Of a DNA stretch of 64,000 nt, positions 17,248 through 27,631 are shown piece after piece. The stretch comes from an uncultured Eubacteriales bacterium (GTDB taxonomy: Bacteria > Bacillota > Clostridia > Christensenellales > CAG-138). Made by a program: the position numbers and the translations under genes. Position 1 is the first letter of the stretch. Each line of letters opens with the position of its first letter. The notes under the pieces were generated by a model that ran no database searches, was not told the origin of the DNA, and saw only the letters and a list, made by a program, of their open reading frames with translations. The stretch is from the NCBI GenBank assembly GCA_900547135.1, contig URFJ01000001.1:269-64268 (forward strand), in the 5' to 3' direction.

Positions 17248-17622
17248 TTGAACGAATGCCTGGAAATAGCCCTCATACTGTTTGCCAGCCTGGCTCTTAC
17301 CATATTTGCAGAGGGGCTTTTGACTGCCATATGGTTTAAAAACGGGCGTATGGTATATTTCAGCGTACTGTGCAACCTTATTACCAATCCGGCGCTGAAC
17401 ATATTGGTGATTGCTTCTGTATCCGCGTTTGGCGCCGCCGCCTATGTTCCCGCTGTAGCACTGCTGGAACCGGCCGCGGTTGCGGTTGAGGCATATATAT
17501 GGAGAAGCTTGTGCAAATTTTCGCGCTGCAGGGCGCTGTGGACAGCATTTATTACAAATCTGCTGTCATTCGCCGCGGGTCTTGCGGCGCAGCCGGTCCT
17601 TTGGGGCGCATTGGCAAGGTAA
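17248..17622 (+). CDS. small polytopic membrane protein (about 4 TM)
   Basis: 124-aa hydrophobic ORF. The called start is TTG without a clear RBS, so the start is uncertain. Confidence 0.4.
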   Translation: MNECLEIALILFASLALTIFAEGLLTAIWFKNGRMVYFSVLCNLITNPALNILVIASVSAFGAAAYVPAVALLEPAAVAVEAYIWRSLCKFSRCRALWTAFITNLLSFAAGLAAQPVLWGALAR

Positions 17623-17677
17623 ATGCATAAATAAGCGCGATGTTTCACAAATGTTTACAAAATAGTTTGGAAAAATA

Positions 17678-18373
17678 ATGATATTTCCGCATTTGGAGCG
17701 TATTAATGTGATAAAATATAAGGAAATATACTGTTCGGATTATCCGCTCCACGATAGAATACGCGGCGCGCTTGCCTTGCTTATTCACGGTGCGCTGGAG
17801 GATTGTTCGGATACTCCGGATTTTGACTTTTTTGCGTATAACGCTGAAATATCCACGCCTGCAGCACTGCGCCTTGGATCTGCCCAAAATCTGTGCGGCA
17901 GAATAAATGAAGAACTGGCCTCTTACGGCGGCCCTAAAATCATTGGGGCACGCATGGTAAGCCAAGCGTTTGAAACGGGAGGGCACGTTAACTTTCGGTT
18001 ATCCCATGGGTTTTATTACGCCCTCATTGATCTTGTAAACAGTTCTTCCCCACTGCCCGCGCTGAGCGGCGACATAACCCATGGCGAGGGCTATGCCCTG
18101 GCCCGTATGCTTATGATGAATAAATGCCTGGGAAACCATGGCGGTATACCTGAGCATGCGCTGAGGGCGCTTTGGACCGCATTCGCCGCATGCGACCCAA
18201 TGCTTAACTCCCGCAAAAGGATAGCCGCGATAGCAAGGGCCTCAAAGGCGCTTACGGGACTTGCCGCGTGTATTGAGCCGAAATCACGGCGGCAGCTACT
18301 CAGCGGAGCCGGAGATATGGCGGCGTGCGCTGCCCGGCTTTTGGCCCGCGCGGCCCAGTGCGCCAGGCGCTGA
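17678..18373 (+). CDS. hypothetical protein, possibly an ArgRS-N/DALR-like anticodon-binding-domain protein
   Basis: 231 aa. The segment GGHVNFRLSHGFYYALIDLV resembles the ArgRS N-terminal add-domain signature (GPGFINF.L). The RBS is weak. Confidence 0.35.
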   Translation: MIFPHLERINVIKYKEIYCSDYPLHDRIRGALALLIHGALEDCSDTPDFDFFAYNAEISTPAALRLGSAQNLCGRINEELASYGGPKIIGARMVSQAFETGGHVNFRLSHGFYYALIDLVNSSSPLPALSGDITHGEGYALARMLMMNKCLGNHGGIPEHALRALWTAFAACDPMLNSRKRIAAIARASKALTGLAACIEPKSRRQLLSGAGDMAACAARLLARAAQCARR

Positions 18374-18432
18374 GCGCGTCCGTATTTTAGGGCGGGTTAG
18401 GATCTATATTTTCCCATAAAGGAGGTCTCAAT

Positions 18433-19080
18433 ATGGAAATTAAATGGTACGGTCATTCATGCTTTGTACTCACAAGCTCTCAGGGAACCAGGATTCTGAT
18501 GGATCCGTGCTCCCCCGACACCGGCTATACGCTAGGGCCTATACAGGCGGACGCCGTCACCTGCAGCCACGACCACTATGATCATAACTACGTGTCGGCT
18601 GCTGCGGACAATCCGGTGCTAATCCGCGGCCCTGGGGAATATTTCGTTAAGGACACGCTGATAAAGGGCGTGCCGACTTGGCATGACGACGCCCAGGGCG
18701 GCAAGAGGGGGCCCAATATGATGTATATCGTTGAGATGGATGATATGCGCATCCTGCATGCCGGGGATATCGGGCACCTGCCCGACGAGGGGTGCCTAGG
18801 CATGATCGGTGAAATTGACGTTCTGCTCGTTCCAGTCGGGGGCGTTTATACGATAAACTACCTGCAGGCGCTCGGGATGGCCAATATGCTCAGGCCAAGC
18901 GTTGTTATCCCAATGCATTATAAAACGCCTGATTGCAAAGTGGATCTTGGCGAGCTTGCGCCGTTTATAAGCACTGCAAAGGACTGCAAAATACACAGGC
19001 TTAATCAAAGCGAAGCCACGCTGAGCAGGGGAAGCCTTGGCGAGGACAGGGTGCTTGTGCTTGATTATGAAAAACAATAG
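18433..19080 (+). CDS. MBL-fold metal-dependent hydrolase (UPF0173-like)
   Basis: MEIKWYGHSCFVLTS...ILMDP...SHDHYDHN...HAGDIGH with an AAGGAGG RBS. Confidence 0.8.
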   Translation: MEIKWYGHSCFVLTSSQGTRILMDPCSPDTGYTLGPIQADAVTCSHDHYDHNYVSAAADNPVLIRGPGEYFVKDTLIKGVPTWHDDAQGGKRGPNMMYIVEMDDMRILHAGDIGHLPDEGCLGMIGEIDVLLVPVGGVYTINYLQALGMANMLRPSVVIPMHYKTPDCKVDLGELAPFISTAKDCKIHRLNQSEATLSRGSLGEDRVLVLDYEKQ

Positions 19081-19395
19081 CTTGGCGCAAGGCGGGGTAT
19101 AAAGAGGGCGACGGAGGCATGTTTAAGCGGCAGCCGCACGCCCTTTTGTTCTATGTTATAAAACCTACAGGTATGCATATTCATGGCGCTGTCAGATCTT
19201 GGGCGCGCCTGCCTGAGCCGCCGCGGTCTCCCGCTGTCATTCCAGTTTGAAAATACCCTGAGCCACCGCGGGTTTAACTTGGCTTTGCCGGGCATTGAAT
19301 CTGCGCCTTTATAAGTGCTGCGGTATTGATTCTAAAACTAAAACGGTCTATAATCTGAATAAGCTCACTTGAATTGCTAAGGAGGAATAATCCCA

Positions 19396-20511
19396 ATGAT
19401 GGACAGTAGAATAGAGAAACTTGCCAACATACTCGTTACCTTCTCTACCGAGGTCAAGCCCGGCGAAAACGTTCTTATAAACTCCGGAAATGGAAACGAT
19501 ATGCTGGTCAAGGCACTCATCCGCGAGGTATATAAGGCGGGCGGCCGGCCATTCGTATGGCTGCAAAACTCGGCGATTGAACGGGAACTTGGCATGGGGT
19601 ATACAGAAGACCAGCTAAAAATACGGGCTGAGGCAGACGCGCTGCTGATGAGCAAGATGCAGGTGTTTATAGGGTTCTCCGGAGTTGTTAATAACTCGGA
19701 AACCTCCGACGTTCCGGCCGACAGGCTGTCGCTGTACGCCCAGCACTACGGCGAGCAGGTTCATGGGAAGATCCGCGTGCCGAAAACCCGCTGGGTTGTT
19801 CTCCGCTACCCGACGCCTGCCATGGCGCAGATGGCGGACATGAGCACCGAAGCGTTTGAGGATTTCTATTTTGACGTATGCAATATGGACTACTCGAAGA
19901 TGGACAGGGCCATGACCCCGCTCAAGGAGCTTATGGAGCGCACGGATATGGTGCGCATAGTTGGCCGCGGGACCGATATCTCCTTCTCAATAAAGGGACT
20001 GCCCGCCATTAAATGCGCCGGCAAGGTAAACATACCGGACGGCGAGATATTTACAGCGCCGGTAAAGGGCAGCATAAACGGCGTGATAACCTACAACACG
20101 CCTTCGGTACACGACGGCTTCACCTTTGAAAACATCTGCCTTACCTTTAAAGACGGCAGGATCGTAAACGCGACGGCTAATGACACGGAGCGCGTGAACC
20201 ATGTGTTTGACATGGACGAGGGCGCAAGATCCGTCGGCGAGTTTGCAATTGGCGTAAACCCGTACATAATCAACCCCATGAAGAACACCCTGTTCGATGA
20301 AAAGATAATGGGCAGCTTCCACTTTACCCCCGGCGCATGCTATGACGAATGCGACAACGGGAACAAATCCGCGCTCCACTGGGATCTGATATGCATCCAA
20401 ACCCCCGAATACGGCGGCGGCGAAATGTACTTCGACGGCGTTTTGGTGCGCAGGGACGGGCGCTTCGTGCTTCCGGAGCTTGAATGCCTGAATCCCGAAA
20501 ACCTGAAATAG
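19396..20511 (+). CDS. aminopeptidase, M29 family (AmpS/PepS-like)
   Basis: 371 aa with KLANILVTFSTEVKPGENVLI, EFAIGVNP and the HWDL motif typical of thermophilic metalloprotease M29. Confidence 0.85.
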   Translation: MMDSRIEKLANILVTFSTEVKPGENVLINSGNGNDMLVKALIREVYKAGGRPFVWLQNSAIERELGMGYTEDQLKIRAEADALLMSKMQVFIGFSGVVNNSETSDVPADRLSLYAQHYGEQVHGKIRVPKTRWVVLRYPTPAMAQMADMSTEAFEDFYFDVCNMDYSKMDRAMTPLKELMERTDMVRIVGRGTDISFSIKGLPAIKCAGKVNIPDGEIFTAPVKGSINGVITYNTPSVHDGFTFENICLTFKDGRIVNATANDTERVNHVFDMDEGARSVGEFAIGVNPYIINPMKNTLFDEKIMGSFHFTPGACYDECDNGNKSALHWDLICIQTPEYGGGEMYFDGVLVRRDGRFVLPELECLNPENLK

Positions 20512-20542
20512 CTTTCCTCCAGCAGAGGACTTAAACCACTCT

Positions 20543-20572
20543 AAGCCGGCGGTATATTGCCGGCTTTATCAT
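20543..20572 (+). terminator. rho-independent terminator after the aminopeptidase gene
   Basis: Stem aagccggc / gccggctt (20543-20550 / 20559-20566) followed by a T-rich tail. Confidence 0.6.
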
Positions 20573-20854
20573 TCATAAATAAGCGTCTTACCGTAGGAGT
20601 TCTATACGTCGTTTCGTTTAAAACGCGGTAATAAAATCTTTTAGCTGCCTTAAAAACGCGCGTTAATTGAACAGTTTGGTGATAGAGTCCACTTGACTTC
20701 ACCGACAAAGTATTGATTATATTACAATGGCGGATTAAAAGTAGAGTAGAAGTAAGTAAGGCGAAAAATCCGCCGTGTAATGTTGTTTTGCTTTTGAATT
20801 TATGATAACGTCTAGGTAATGATCACATTATTTATCTAATACGGAGGCAGCTAT

Positions 20855-21277
20855 ATGAAGAAAAATGGGGTCATCAGGTTTTGGGCCGTCCTTGTCGTTA
20901 TCATCATATGCCTTACAGGCTGTACTACTACGTGCGCAACACTAACCATAAACCTGGTGGAGCGGCGTACTGAAACCGGCTGGGACATATCGTTTGACGC
21001 GATGAACGGTTATATGTCCACCTCCTTTAATAATATCTATGAATCGGCTGTGCTGGATTATCAGATAACCTACGGCGAGGGGGAGATCATCGTCCGGCTG
21101 CGTCAGGGCAGCCGCTCGCAGGAGCTTTCGATGGCTGAGAGCAGCATATCCCTATCCGGCTGGGATCAGGGAAGCATCACTATAGAGCTTAACGCCAAAG
21201 CCGCGCGGTACGCCAGGCTTTCCTTCTCATGGGAGGAGGCAGGCAATGGCGGCGGTATCGCCGCAGGGTTTGAATAA
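20855..21277 (+). CDS. putative lipoprotein, function unknown
   Basis: 140 aa with a signal peptide and lipobox (VVIIICLTGCTT) and an AT-rich upstream region. Confidence 0.55.
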   Translation: MKKNGVIRFWAVLVVIIICLTGCTTTCATLTINLVERRTETGWDISFDAMNGYMSTSFNNIYESAVLDYQITYGEGEIIVRLRQGSRSQELSMAESSISLSGWDQGSITIELNAKAARYARLSFSWEEAGNGGGIAAGFE

Positions 21278-21480
21278 ATGGGCATTAAATATAAGCCCGA
21301 AGCATGCCCCCTCACTAGTAAAAACTATCCGGCGCTTATCTTGCGCCTGAGCGATTGATCCTAATACTTTCGTAGCCATATGTAGCACAGAATCGGATTT
21401 CAACCTTGGGTCAGTCCGACAGCCGGACTTTCTAATGCAGCTAATGCCGGCAATCCGCAAATACTGTACGTTCACACCGC

Positions 21481-22833
21481 TTAGCCTACCATTATACTGC
21501 CCTCGGGGTATCTAAGCGTTGAATCGTCGGATTTGCCGCTAAGCGACAGCACCAATGTGAGCGGGCCGACCCTTCCCGCGAACATGAACAGGCAAAGCAC
21601 CACCCTTGTCATCGCGGTGGCCTCCGCTGTTACGCCCGTGCTTACGCCCACAGTGCCCACTGCTGAAGCAAGCTCAAAGAACACGTCTATGAAGCTTGAG
21701 CGGACGCCTATCTGCGAAAATGATACGATCATGCTCGCAGACATCAGCATGAGAATCCCAACTATGAATATGCACAGCGACCTTTGCACCAGCGCCTGAG
21801 AAACCCTGCGCCTGAATACGTTTACATCCGAATGCCCCCTTAAAAACGACCTGAGGGTAAGCGCCAGCAGCGCCACGGTAGTGACCTTTATGCCTCCGGC
21901 CGTTCCGGCAGGCGCGCCGCCGATAAACATCAGAATCGACGACAAAAGCTTTGACGAATCCGTCAGGGCCGCCTGATCCACCGTGTTAAACCCCGCTGTC
22001 CTGCATGTTACGGACTGAAACAGCGAGGCCAGCGCCTTTTCTCCAACGCTCATGCCCTGCATTGTGCCGGTATTGTCATATTCAAGGATAAAGAAAAGCA
22101 ATGCCCCAGCAAACAGCAGCACGAGCGTGGTAAACAGCACAAGCTTGGTATGAAGCGACAGGTGCCGCGTGCGCCTGAACGCGCCAAGGTCCATAATTAC
22201 GGCAAAGCCCAGGCCGCCGATAATGATAAGGCCGATAAGGGTGAGGTTTACCAAAAGATCGCCGTGCAGGGCGGTAAACGAGCTGTATTCGCCCGTTACC
22301 CTTCCCATCAGGTCAAAGCCGGCGTTGCAGAAGGCGGATATGCTGTGAAACACTGAGTACCATATCCCCTTTGACCATCCCAGCATTGGAATAAAGCGTA
22401 TGGATAAAAGCGCGGCCCCTATAAGCTCGCAGCCAAAGGTTATGATAGCCGCGTTTCGTCCCAGTCGCACTATTCCTGAAAGCTTGTTTTCACCCAGGGA
22501 TTCAGCTATAGTAAGCCTTTCCTTAAGGGATATACGCTTTCTTATCGACAAAAACAACAGCGTCGCCATTGTCATGAATCCAAGTCCGCCGCACTGAATA
22601 AGCATTATTATGACAACCTGGCCAAACATTGAAAATGTTACGGCGGTGTCCGTAACTATCAATCCGGTTATGCATGACGCGGATGTAGCCGTAAACCAGG
22701 CGTCAAACACCCCGATTGACGTCCTGTCAACAGTGGCTATTGGCAGTGAAAGCAACACCGTGCCGACTAAAATCAGCCCCAAAAAGCCCAGGGGCAGTAT
22801 TGCAACGGGACGAATCCCCCTTTTTGTTCGCAA
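21481..22833 (-). CDS. trkH: TrkH/KtrB-family potassium uptake permease
   Basis: 450 aa, polytopic, with repeated selectivity-filter-like motifs (TGL, GGLG, CNAGF, RTAGF, TVGVS). TTG start behind GGAGGA. No trkA/ktrA gene lies adjacent. Confidence 0.85.
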   Translation of the reverse strand: MRTKRGIRPVAILPLGFLGLILVGTVLLSLPIATVDRTSIGVFDAWFTATSASCITGLIVTDTAVTFSMFGQVVIIMLIQCGGLGFMTMATLLFLSIRKRISLKERLTIAESLGENKLSGIVRLGRNAAIITFGCELIGAALLSIRFIPMLGWSKGIWYSVFHSISAFCNAGFDLMGRVTGEYSSFTALHGDLLVNLTLIGLIIIGGLGFAVIMDLGAFRRTRHLSLHTKLVLFTTLVLLFAGALLFFILEYDNTGTMQGMSVGEKALASLFQSVTCRTAGFNTVDQAALTDSSKLLSSILMFIGGAPAGTAGGIKVTTVALLALTLRSFLRGHSDVNVFRRRVSQALVQRSLCIFIVGILMLMSASMIVSFSQIGVRSSFIDVFFELASAVGTVGVSTGVTAEATAMTRVVLCLFMFAGRVGPLTLVLSLSGKSDDSTLRYPEGSIMVG

Positions 22834-23060
22834 GGCTACGATCCTCCAACCAAAATTACCTCATTATCTGATGCATTATACTTCAACATCAGCAAAAAAA
22901 CCAGTACTCATATTAGAATATCTGTACAGTATAATGCTGGAAGGGTATACTAAGTGAAGGTAATTTTAATTTCAGGATGAATCCAGTCTGGAAACGCCGT
23001 ATAGCATACGTCGGAGCTGGTATGGACTTAATATGAGTAATAATGGAGGTATAGAAAACG

Positions 23061-24770
23061 ATGTATAAAGACAGTTACGACGAATGGCTTTCAGCACTTC
23101 CCGAGGACAGCGCTCTAAGAAGGGAGCTTGAAGGTATAGAAGGAGACGAAGCGGCCATTGAGGAAAGGTTTTACAGGGAGCTTGAGTTTGGCACAGCCGG
23201 CCTGCGTGGAATACTGGGCGCGGGCACGAACCGGATGAACGAATATGTCGTGCGGCGAGCCACGCGCGGGCTGGCCGCGTACCTCCTCGGCTTTGACAGC
23301 GCAAAAGAGCGCGGGGTGTGCATAGCCTATGACTCCCGGCGGTTTTCTAAAGAGTTTGCGTGGGAAAGCGCAAGGACGCTTTCTCAATACGGCATCCGTG
23401 TATATATATTCGACACCCTGCATACGGTCCCCCAGCTGTCGTTTACGCTGAGGGAGCTTAAATGCATTGCCGGAATAATGATCACGGCAAGCCATAATCC
23501 CCCCCAGTACAACGGCTACAAGGTATACTGGGAAACCGGCGGCCAGATGGGGCCACAGCAGGCTGAGGAGGTAACGCTGAAAATAGAGGGGTTTGGATAC
23601 TTCGATGCCCCAAGCCAATATGACGAAACGCTGATAACATCTATCGGCGAGGATGAGGACGAAGCCTACTATGGTAAAACCCGGACCCTGCTCATGCACC
23701 CCGAGCTTTTAAAGGATAAGGGCGACTCCATCAGGGTGGTATATACGCCCCTGCACGGAGCGGGCTACGTTCCGGTGACAGGGCTTTTAAACAGGGTTGG
23801 CGTCACTGGCCTAAGCGTTGTTGAACAGCAGCGGCTCCCTGACCCGGATTTTCCTACGGTGAAGGTGCCAAATCCAGAGGACAGGGGCGCGTTTGACCTG
23901 GCGTTTAAGCTCGCAGACCGAGTAGGCGCCGACGTTATCCTGGCGACCGATCCTGATTCCGACCGGCTTGGAGTGGCCGTGCCTACAGACGATGGATATG
24001 TTCTGCTTACCGGCAACCGTATAGGCTGTATTCTTATAAACTATATCCTGTCGTCGCTAAGCGAAAGGGGGCAGCTCCCAAAAAACGCGCTCGTTGTTAA
24101 ATCCATAGTGAGCACCGGCCTGGCCGACGCGATATGCAACCGCTATGGCGCAGCCATTAAGTCAGTGCCGACCGGTTTTAGATTCATATCCGAGATAATA
24201 GACGAATGCGACAGAACGGGCGAATACGACTTCCTGTTTGGTTTTGAGGAGAGCTACGGGTTCCTGGCCGGAGGGTTCGCGCGGGATAAGGACGCGATAT
24301 GCGCGGCAATGCTCATCTCAGAAGCCTGCGTGTATTACCACGCCCAGGGGAAAACGCTGTACGACGTGCTTGAGGATATCTTCAACGAATACGGCTTTTA
24401 TGAGGAGACGGTCAAGTCCTACACCTGGGACGGCAAGGCGGGAATGGAACGTATCTCAAGGGTGATGGGCATGCTCAGGGATGATCCGCCCCATTCCGTG
24501 GCTTCGGCGCGGGTGCTGTCGGCCGATGATTTTGATAGCCTGGCAAGCACCGACTTTATATCGGGAGAAACGTGTAAGATCGATATGCAGCGCATGAACA
24601 TGATAAGGCTCAACCTGGATGGCGGCGCCTGGATATGCGTAAGGCCTTCTGGAACCGAACCTAAGCTTAAGATCTATATCGGCACTTGCGCCAAAAATAT
24701 GGCCGACGCCGTAACGTTTGGCAGGGCGCTTATGGACTCTATGGATTTGCTGATATCCTCATGCGAATAA
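23061..24770 (+). CDS. phospho-sugar mutase (phosphoglucomutase/phosphomannomutase family)
   Basis: 569 aa with the active-site loop TASHNPPQYNGYKV, the metal loop DPDSDR and the sugar loop GFEESYG. Confidence 0.92.
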   Translation: MYKDSYDEWLSALPEDSALRRELEGIEGDEAAIEERFYRELEFGTAGLRGILGAGTNRMNEYVVRRATRGLAAYLLGFDSAKERGVCIAYDSRRFSKEFAWESARTLSQYGIRVYIFDTLHTVPQLSFTLRELKCIAGIMITASHNPPQYNGYKVYWETGGQMGPQQAEEVTLKIEGFGYFDAPSQYDETLITSIGEDEDEAYYGKTRTLLMHPELLKDKGDSIRVVYTPLHGAGYVPVTGLLNRVGVTGLSVVEQQRLPDPDFPTVKVPNPEDRGAFDLAFKLADRVGADVILATDPDSDRLGVAVPTDDGYVLLTGNRIGCILINYILSSLSERGQLPKNALVVKSIVSTGLADAICNRYGAAIKSVPTGFRFISEIIDECDRTGEYDFLFGFEESYGFLAGGFARDKDAICAAMLISEACVYYHAQGKTLYDVLEDIFNEYGFYEETVKSYTWDGKAGMERISRVMGMLRDDPPHSVASARVLSADDFDSLASTDFISGETCKIDMQRMNMIRLNLDGGAWICVRPSGTEPKLKIYIGTCAKNMADAVTFGRALMDSMDLLISSCE

Positions 24771-25016
24771 AAAATATAAGGCCATTATGAGCCGCCAGAA
24801 GGGTTAAATTTGGCGGCAGTCCTGCCCTCCTATGCGCTGTTTGGCGCCCAGGTGCTTTGCCAATTTAAGCGCTTGCGGGCTTGCAATAAACTATTATGGC
24901 TATGACCATTGTTCAGCATGAATCCGCGGCAACGCGCCGGTTTTACATCATAAAAGAGAAACCGCGCCTGGCCAGAGATGGGGGCGTTTGGAGCGCCCGA
25001 ACCCCTGTGTTAAGGC

Positions 25017-25546
25017 TTACGGATATAATATTGATTTGAGTCCGTCGTGGGAAAGAACCTTTGCAAACCGGTTGTTCCAAATCCGCTCTTCATAAAACGC
25101 TATGAGCTGCGCCGCTGAAAACGGGCCGTTGTCAAAGGTCGTGTGCGCCCATTTAGGCACGTATACCATATAGTCCCTCTCAAACGCGGCCTTGCATGTG
25201 GCGTCAATGCAGTATTCGGTCCGCAGGCCGGTAAGGATAATGTTTTTTATACCCTTATCCTGCAGATGCCCGTGCAGGCCCGTGTCTAGAAACGCACTGT
25301 TGAAGCGTTTGTCAAATATTCGCTCCCCATCCTTTGGCGCAAGCGCCTTATGGATCTCATGGCCCGTACAGCCTGCCGTGAAGCCCGTCTTACCCGAATC
25401 ATGCCTTATATATATGATCTCAGCCCGCTGTCTCTCGCGCTCTCCACAAGGCTGTGGATATTTCCAACCGTCTCCATCGCGCGAAACGGCCCCGCTTCTA
25501 TCAGCGCGGTCTGAACGTCTACAATCAATAAAGCCGTATACCCCAC
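25017..25546 (-). pseudogene. isochorismatase-family cysteine hydrolase, frameshifted
   Basis: The N-terminus (GTG at 25546, GGGAGGAAAG RBS) reads GYTALLIVDVQTALIE...LVESARDSG in one frame. AEIIYIRHD...IILTGLRTEYCIDATC continues in another. The shift maps to the CCC run at 25424-25426. Confidence 0.75.
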
Positions 25547-25689
25547 TGTTCTTTCCTCCCATGAATATATACGTCTAACGCTGCCAAAACCAAAGCTTTT
25601 AAATCTGGCCCTTCTAAGCATCGGCAAATCATATCAAAAAGGCGGCTGTTATTTCAATTTAACAGCGCGCCCTTTGTTTTTAACCCTTC

Positions 25690-26754
25690 CTATTTCTTAG
25701 GGTCATAGGAGGTTACCTGAATCCAGGCGTCGTTATAAACCGTTACAAAATTGCCCAGATCGTGGAATACGTCACACCGGTCGATTATGTCCTGAGGCGG
25801 ATTGTATGTTTCATCCCCTGTCCACTCCTCGTCCATTAGCTCCAGCGCGGCCTTAACCGGAGTGCTGTAGCCTATGTATTCCGTATTCTGCTTTGCTACG
25901 TCCGCCTGGCACAGGAAGTTGATGAACTTCTCGGCCTCTTCGGTATGCTTCGATGTTTTGGGGATTATTATGTTATCAAACCAAAGGTTGCTGCCCTCCT
26001 TGGGCACCGCGTAGGCGAGATCCTCGTTTTCAAGCATGCATGCCATCGCGTCGCCCGAGTATACCACGGCGAGCGCTCCGCCGTTATTGATCATGGTTCC
26101 CTTTATGGTGTCGCCAAGGTATGCCCTAACAAGCGATTTCTGCTCCATCAGGGCGTTTTTCGCGGCCTCTATATGCGCCTCGTCGCGCGTATTTATGTCA
26201 TATCCAAGCTTTAGCAGGGCTACGCCGATTGTATCGCGCATGCTGTCATACATAAGGATCTGTCCGGAATACTTTTCATCCCAAAGTATGTCCCAGCTGT
26301 CCACCGGATCGTCCACCATCTTGGTGTTGTAAAGAATGCCCACCGTGCCCCACATATACGGAACCGAGTATTTATTGTCCGGATCAAAGGACAGGTCCAT
26401 AAACCGCTCGTCGATATTCTTTATGTTTGGTATGTTATCCATGTCGAGTTCGTGGAGCATGTTGTTGGCTATAAGCTTCTCAATGATGTAGTCCGACGGG
26501 AAGCACAGGTCGTATATGCAGTCGGGCGATTCGAGCTGTACGATCATCTCCTCGTTGTTTGCCATGAACGTATAGTTGATGTCTATGCCCGACTCCTCCT
26601 CAAAGCGCTTTATAAGCTCCTCATCAATATAGTCTCCCCAGTTAAGGACATTAAGCGTAACCTTACCGTTTGAACTGCACCCAGGCAGAATAACGGCGAT
26701 GGCAAGAATGAATACCATCGTCATTGCCATTAAAAGTGAAAAACCCTTTTTCAT
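25690..26754 (-). CDS. potD: spermidine/putrescine ABC transporter substrate-binding lipoprotein
   Basis: 354 aa with lipobox LPGCSS, a PotD-like sequence and pot operon context. Confidence 0.88.
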   Translation of the reverse strand: MKKGFSLLMAMTMVFILAIAVILPGCSSNGKVTLNVLNWGDYIDEELIKRFEEESGIDINYTFMANNEEMIVQLESPDCIYDLCFPSDYIIEKLIANNMLHELDMDNIPNIKNIDERFMDLSFDPDNKYSVPYMWGTVGILYNTKMVDDPVDSWDILWDEKYSGQILMYDSMRDTIGVALLKLGYDINTRDEAHIEAAKNALMEQKSLVRAYLGDTIKGTMINNGGALAVVYSGDAMACMLENEDLAYAVPKEGSNLWFDNIIIPKTSKHTEEAEKFINFLCQADVAKQNTEYIGYSTPVKAALELMDEEWTGDETYNPPQDIIDRCDVFHDLGNFVTVYNDAWIQVTSYDPKK

Positions 26755-26815
26755 CCCTCTAAAAATCCTCCGTTTATGTATACTAGGTATATATTAACCC
26801 CTTATGGGGGGTGTA

Positions 26816-27631
26816 TCAGCCCTTAAGCTTGGCCGCCTCCTTAGCGGCCTTTCGCTCCTCCCTGACGGATTTGAAGTTGACAATCAGCAAAAGCGTGAGC
26901 ACAGCCGCAAACATCAGTGTGGACAGCGCGTTTATCTTGGGACTGATGCCCTTTCTGGCCATGGAATAGATGTATATCGACAGGTTCTGCTGGCCCTGCT
27001 GGGCAAAGTAGCTTATTACGAAGTCGTCAAGGCTCAGCGTAAAGGCAAGTATGAGCCCCGATACTATCCCCGGCATTATATCCGGAATTACCACCTTGCG
27101 AAGCGCTGAAAACGGCGTGCAGCCAAGATCCAGCGCTGCCTCATAGAGCATGTCGGAGCTTTGCCTCAGCTTTGGCATGACTGAGAATATTACATACGGG
27201 ATATTGAAAGTAATATGCGCTATGCACAGCCTGAGATAGCTGTTCTGCTGGCTTATCCCGATAAACGAGAACAGCATCATAAGGCTTATCCCCGTAACAA
27301 GATCGGGATTTATCATCGGAAGCTGGGACACGTTTTCAATCAGCATGCGGCGGCCCTTTTTCATGGAGTGCATGCCTATGGCCGCAAACGTGCCTATTAT
27401 GGTCGCTGCCACAGCCGAAATTACCGCTACGCTCAGGGTTACCCCCAGCGCGTCCATGATGGTGGCGTCGTTTATAAGCTCTTCGTACCACTTGAGGGAA
27501 AAGCCCGACCAGTTGCCCATGGTCTTTGACTCGTTAAATGAATAGACCATCAGCACAGCAATCGGCGCATAGAGGAAGACGAGCATAATTCCTAGGTACG
27601 TCCCCTTGAAAAACGTTCTTAGTTTTTTCAC
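26816..27631 (-). CDS. potC: spermidine/putrescine ABC transporter permease
   Basis: The start is placed at the GTG at 27631, which overlaps the potB TGA (ctgGTGAaa). The product begins VKKLRTFFKGTYLGIMLVFLYAPI. The ORF-track N-terminal extension is spurious. Confidence 0.85.
   Translation of the reverse strand: MKKLRTFFKGTYLGIMLVFLYAPIAVLMVYSFNESKTMGNWSGFSLKWYEELINDATIMDALGVTLSVAVISAVAATIIGTFAAIGMHSMKKGRRMLIENVSQLPMINPDLVTGISLMMLFSFIGISQQNSYLRLCIAHITFNIPYVIFSVMPKLRQSSDMLYEAALDLGCTPFSALRKVVIPDIMPGIVSGLILAFTLSLDDFVISYFAQQGQQNLSIYIYSMARKGISPKINALSTLMFAAVLTLLLIVNFKSVREERKAAKEAAKLKG

Noticed and set aside
22834-23060. Possible c-di-AMP (ydaO-type) riboswitch upstream of trkH
   Set aside because: The leader is short, AT-rich and lacks the conserved ACGGGGA/CCGCCGGG-type blocks. 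It looks like a plain promoter plus RBS.
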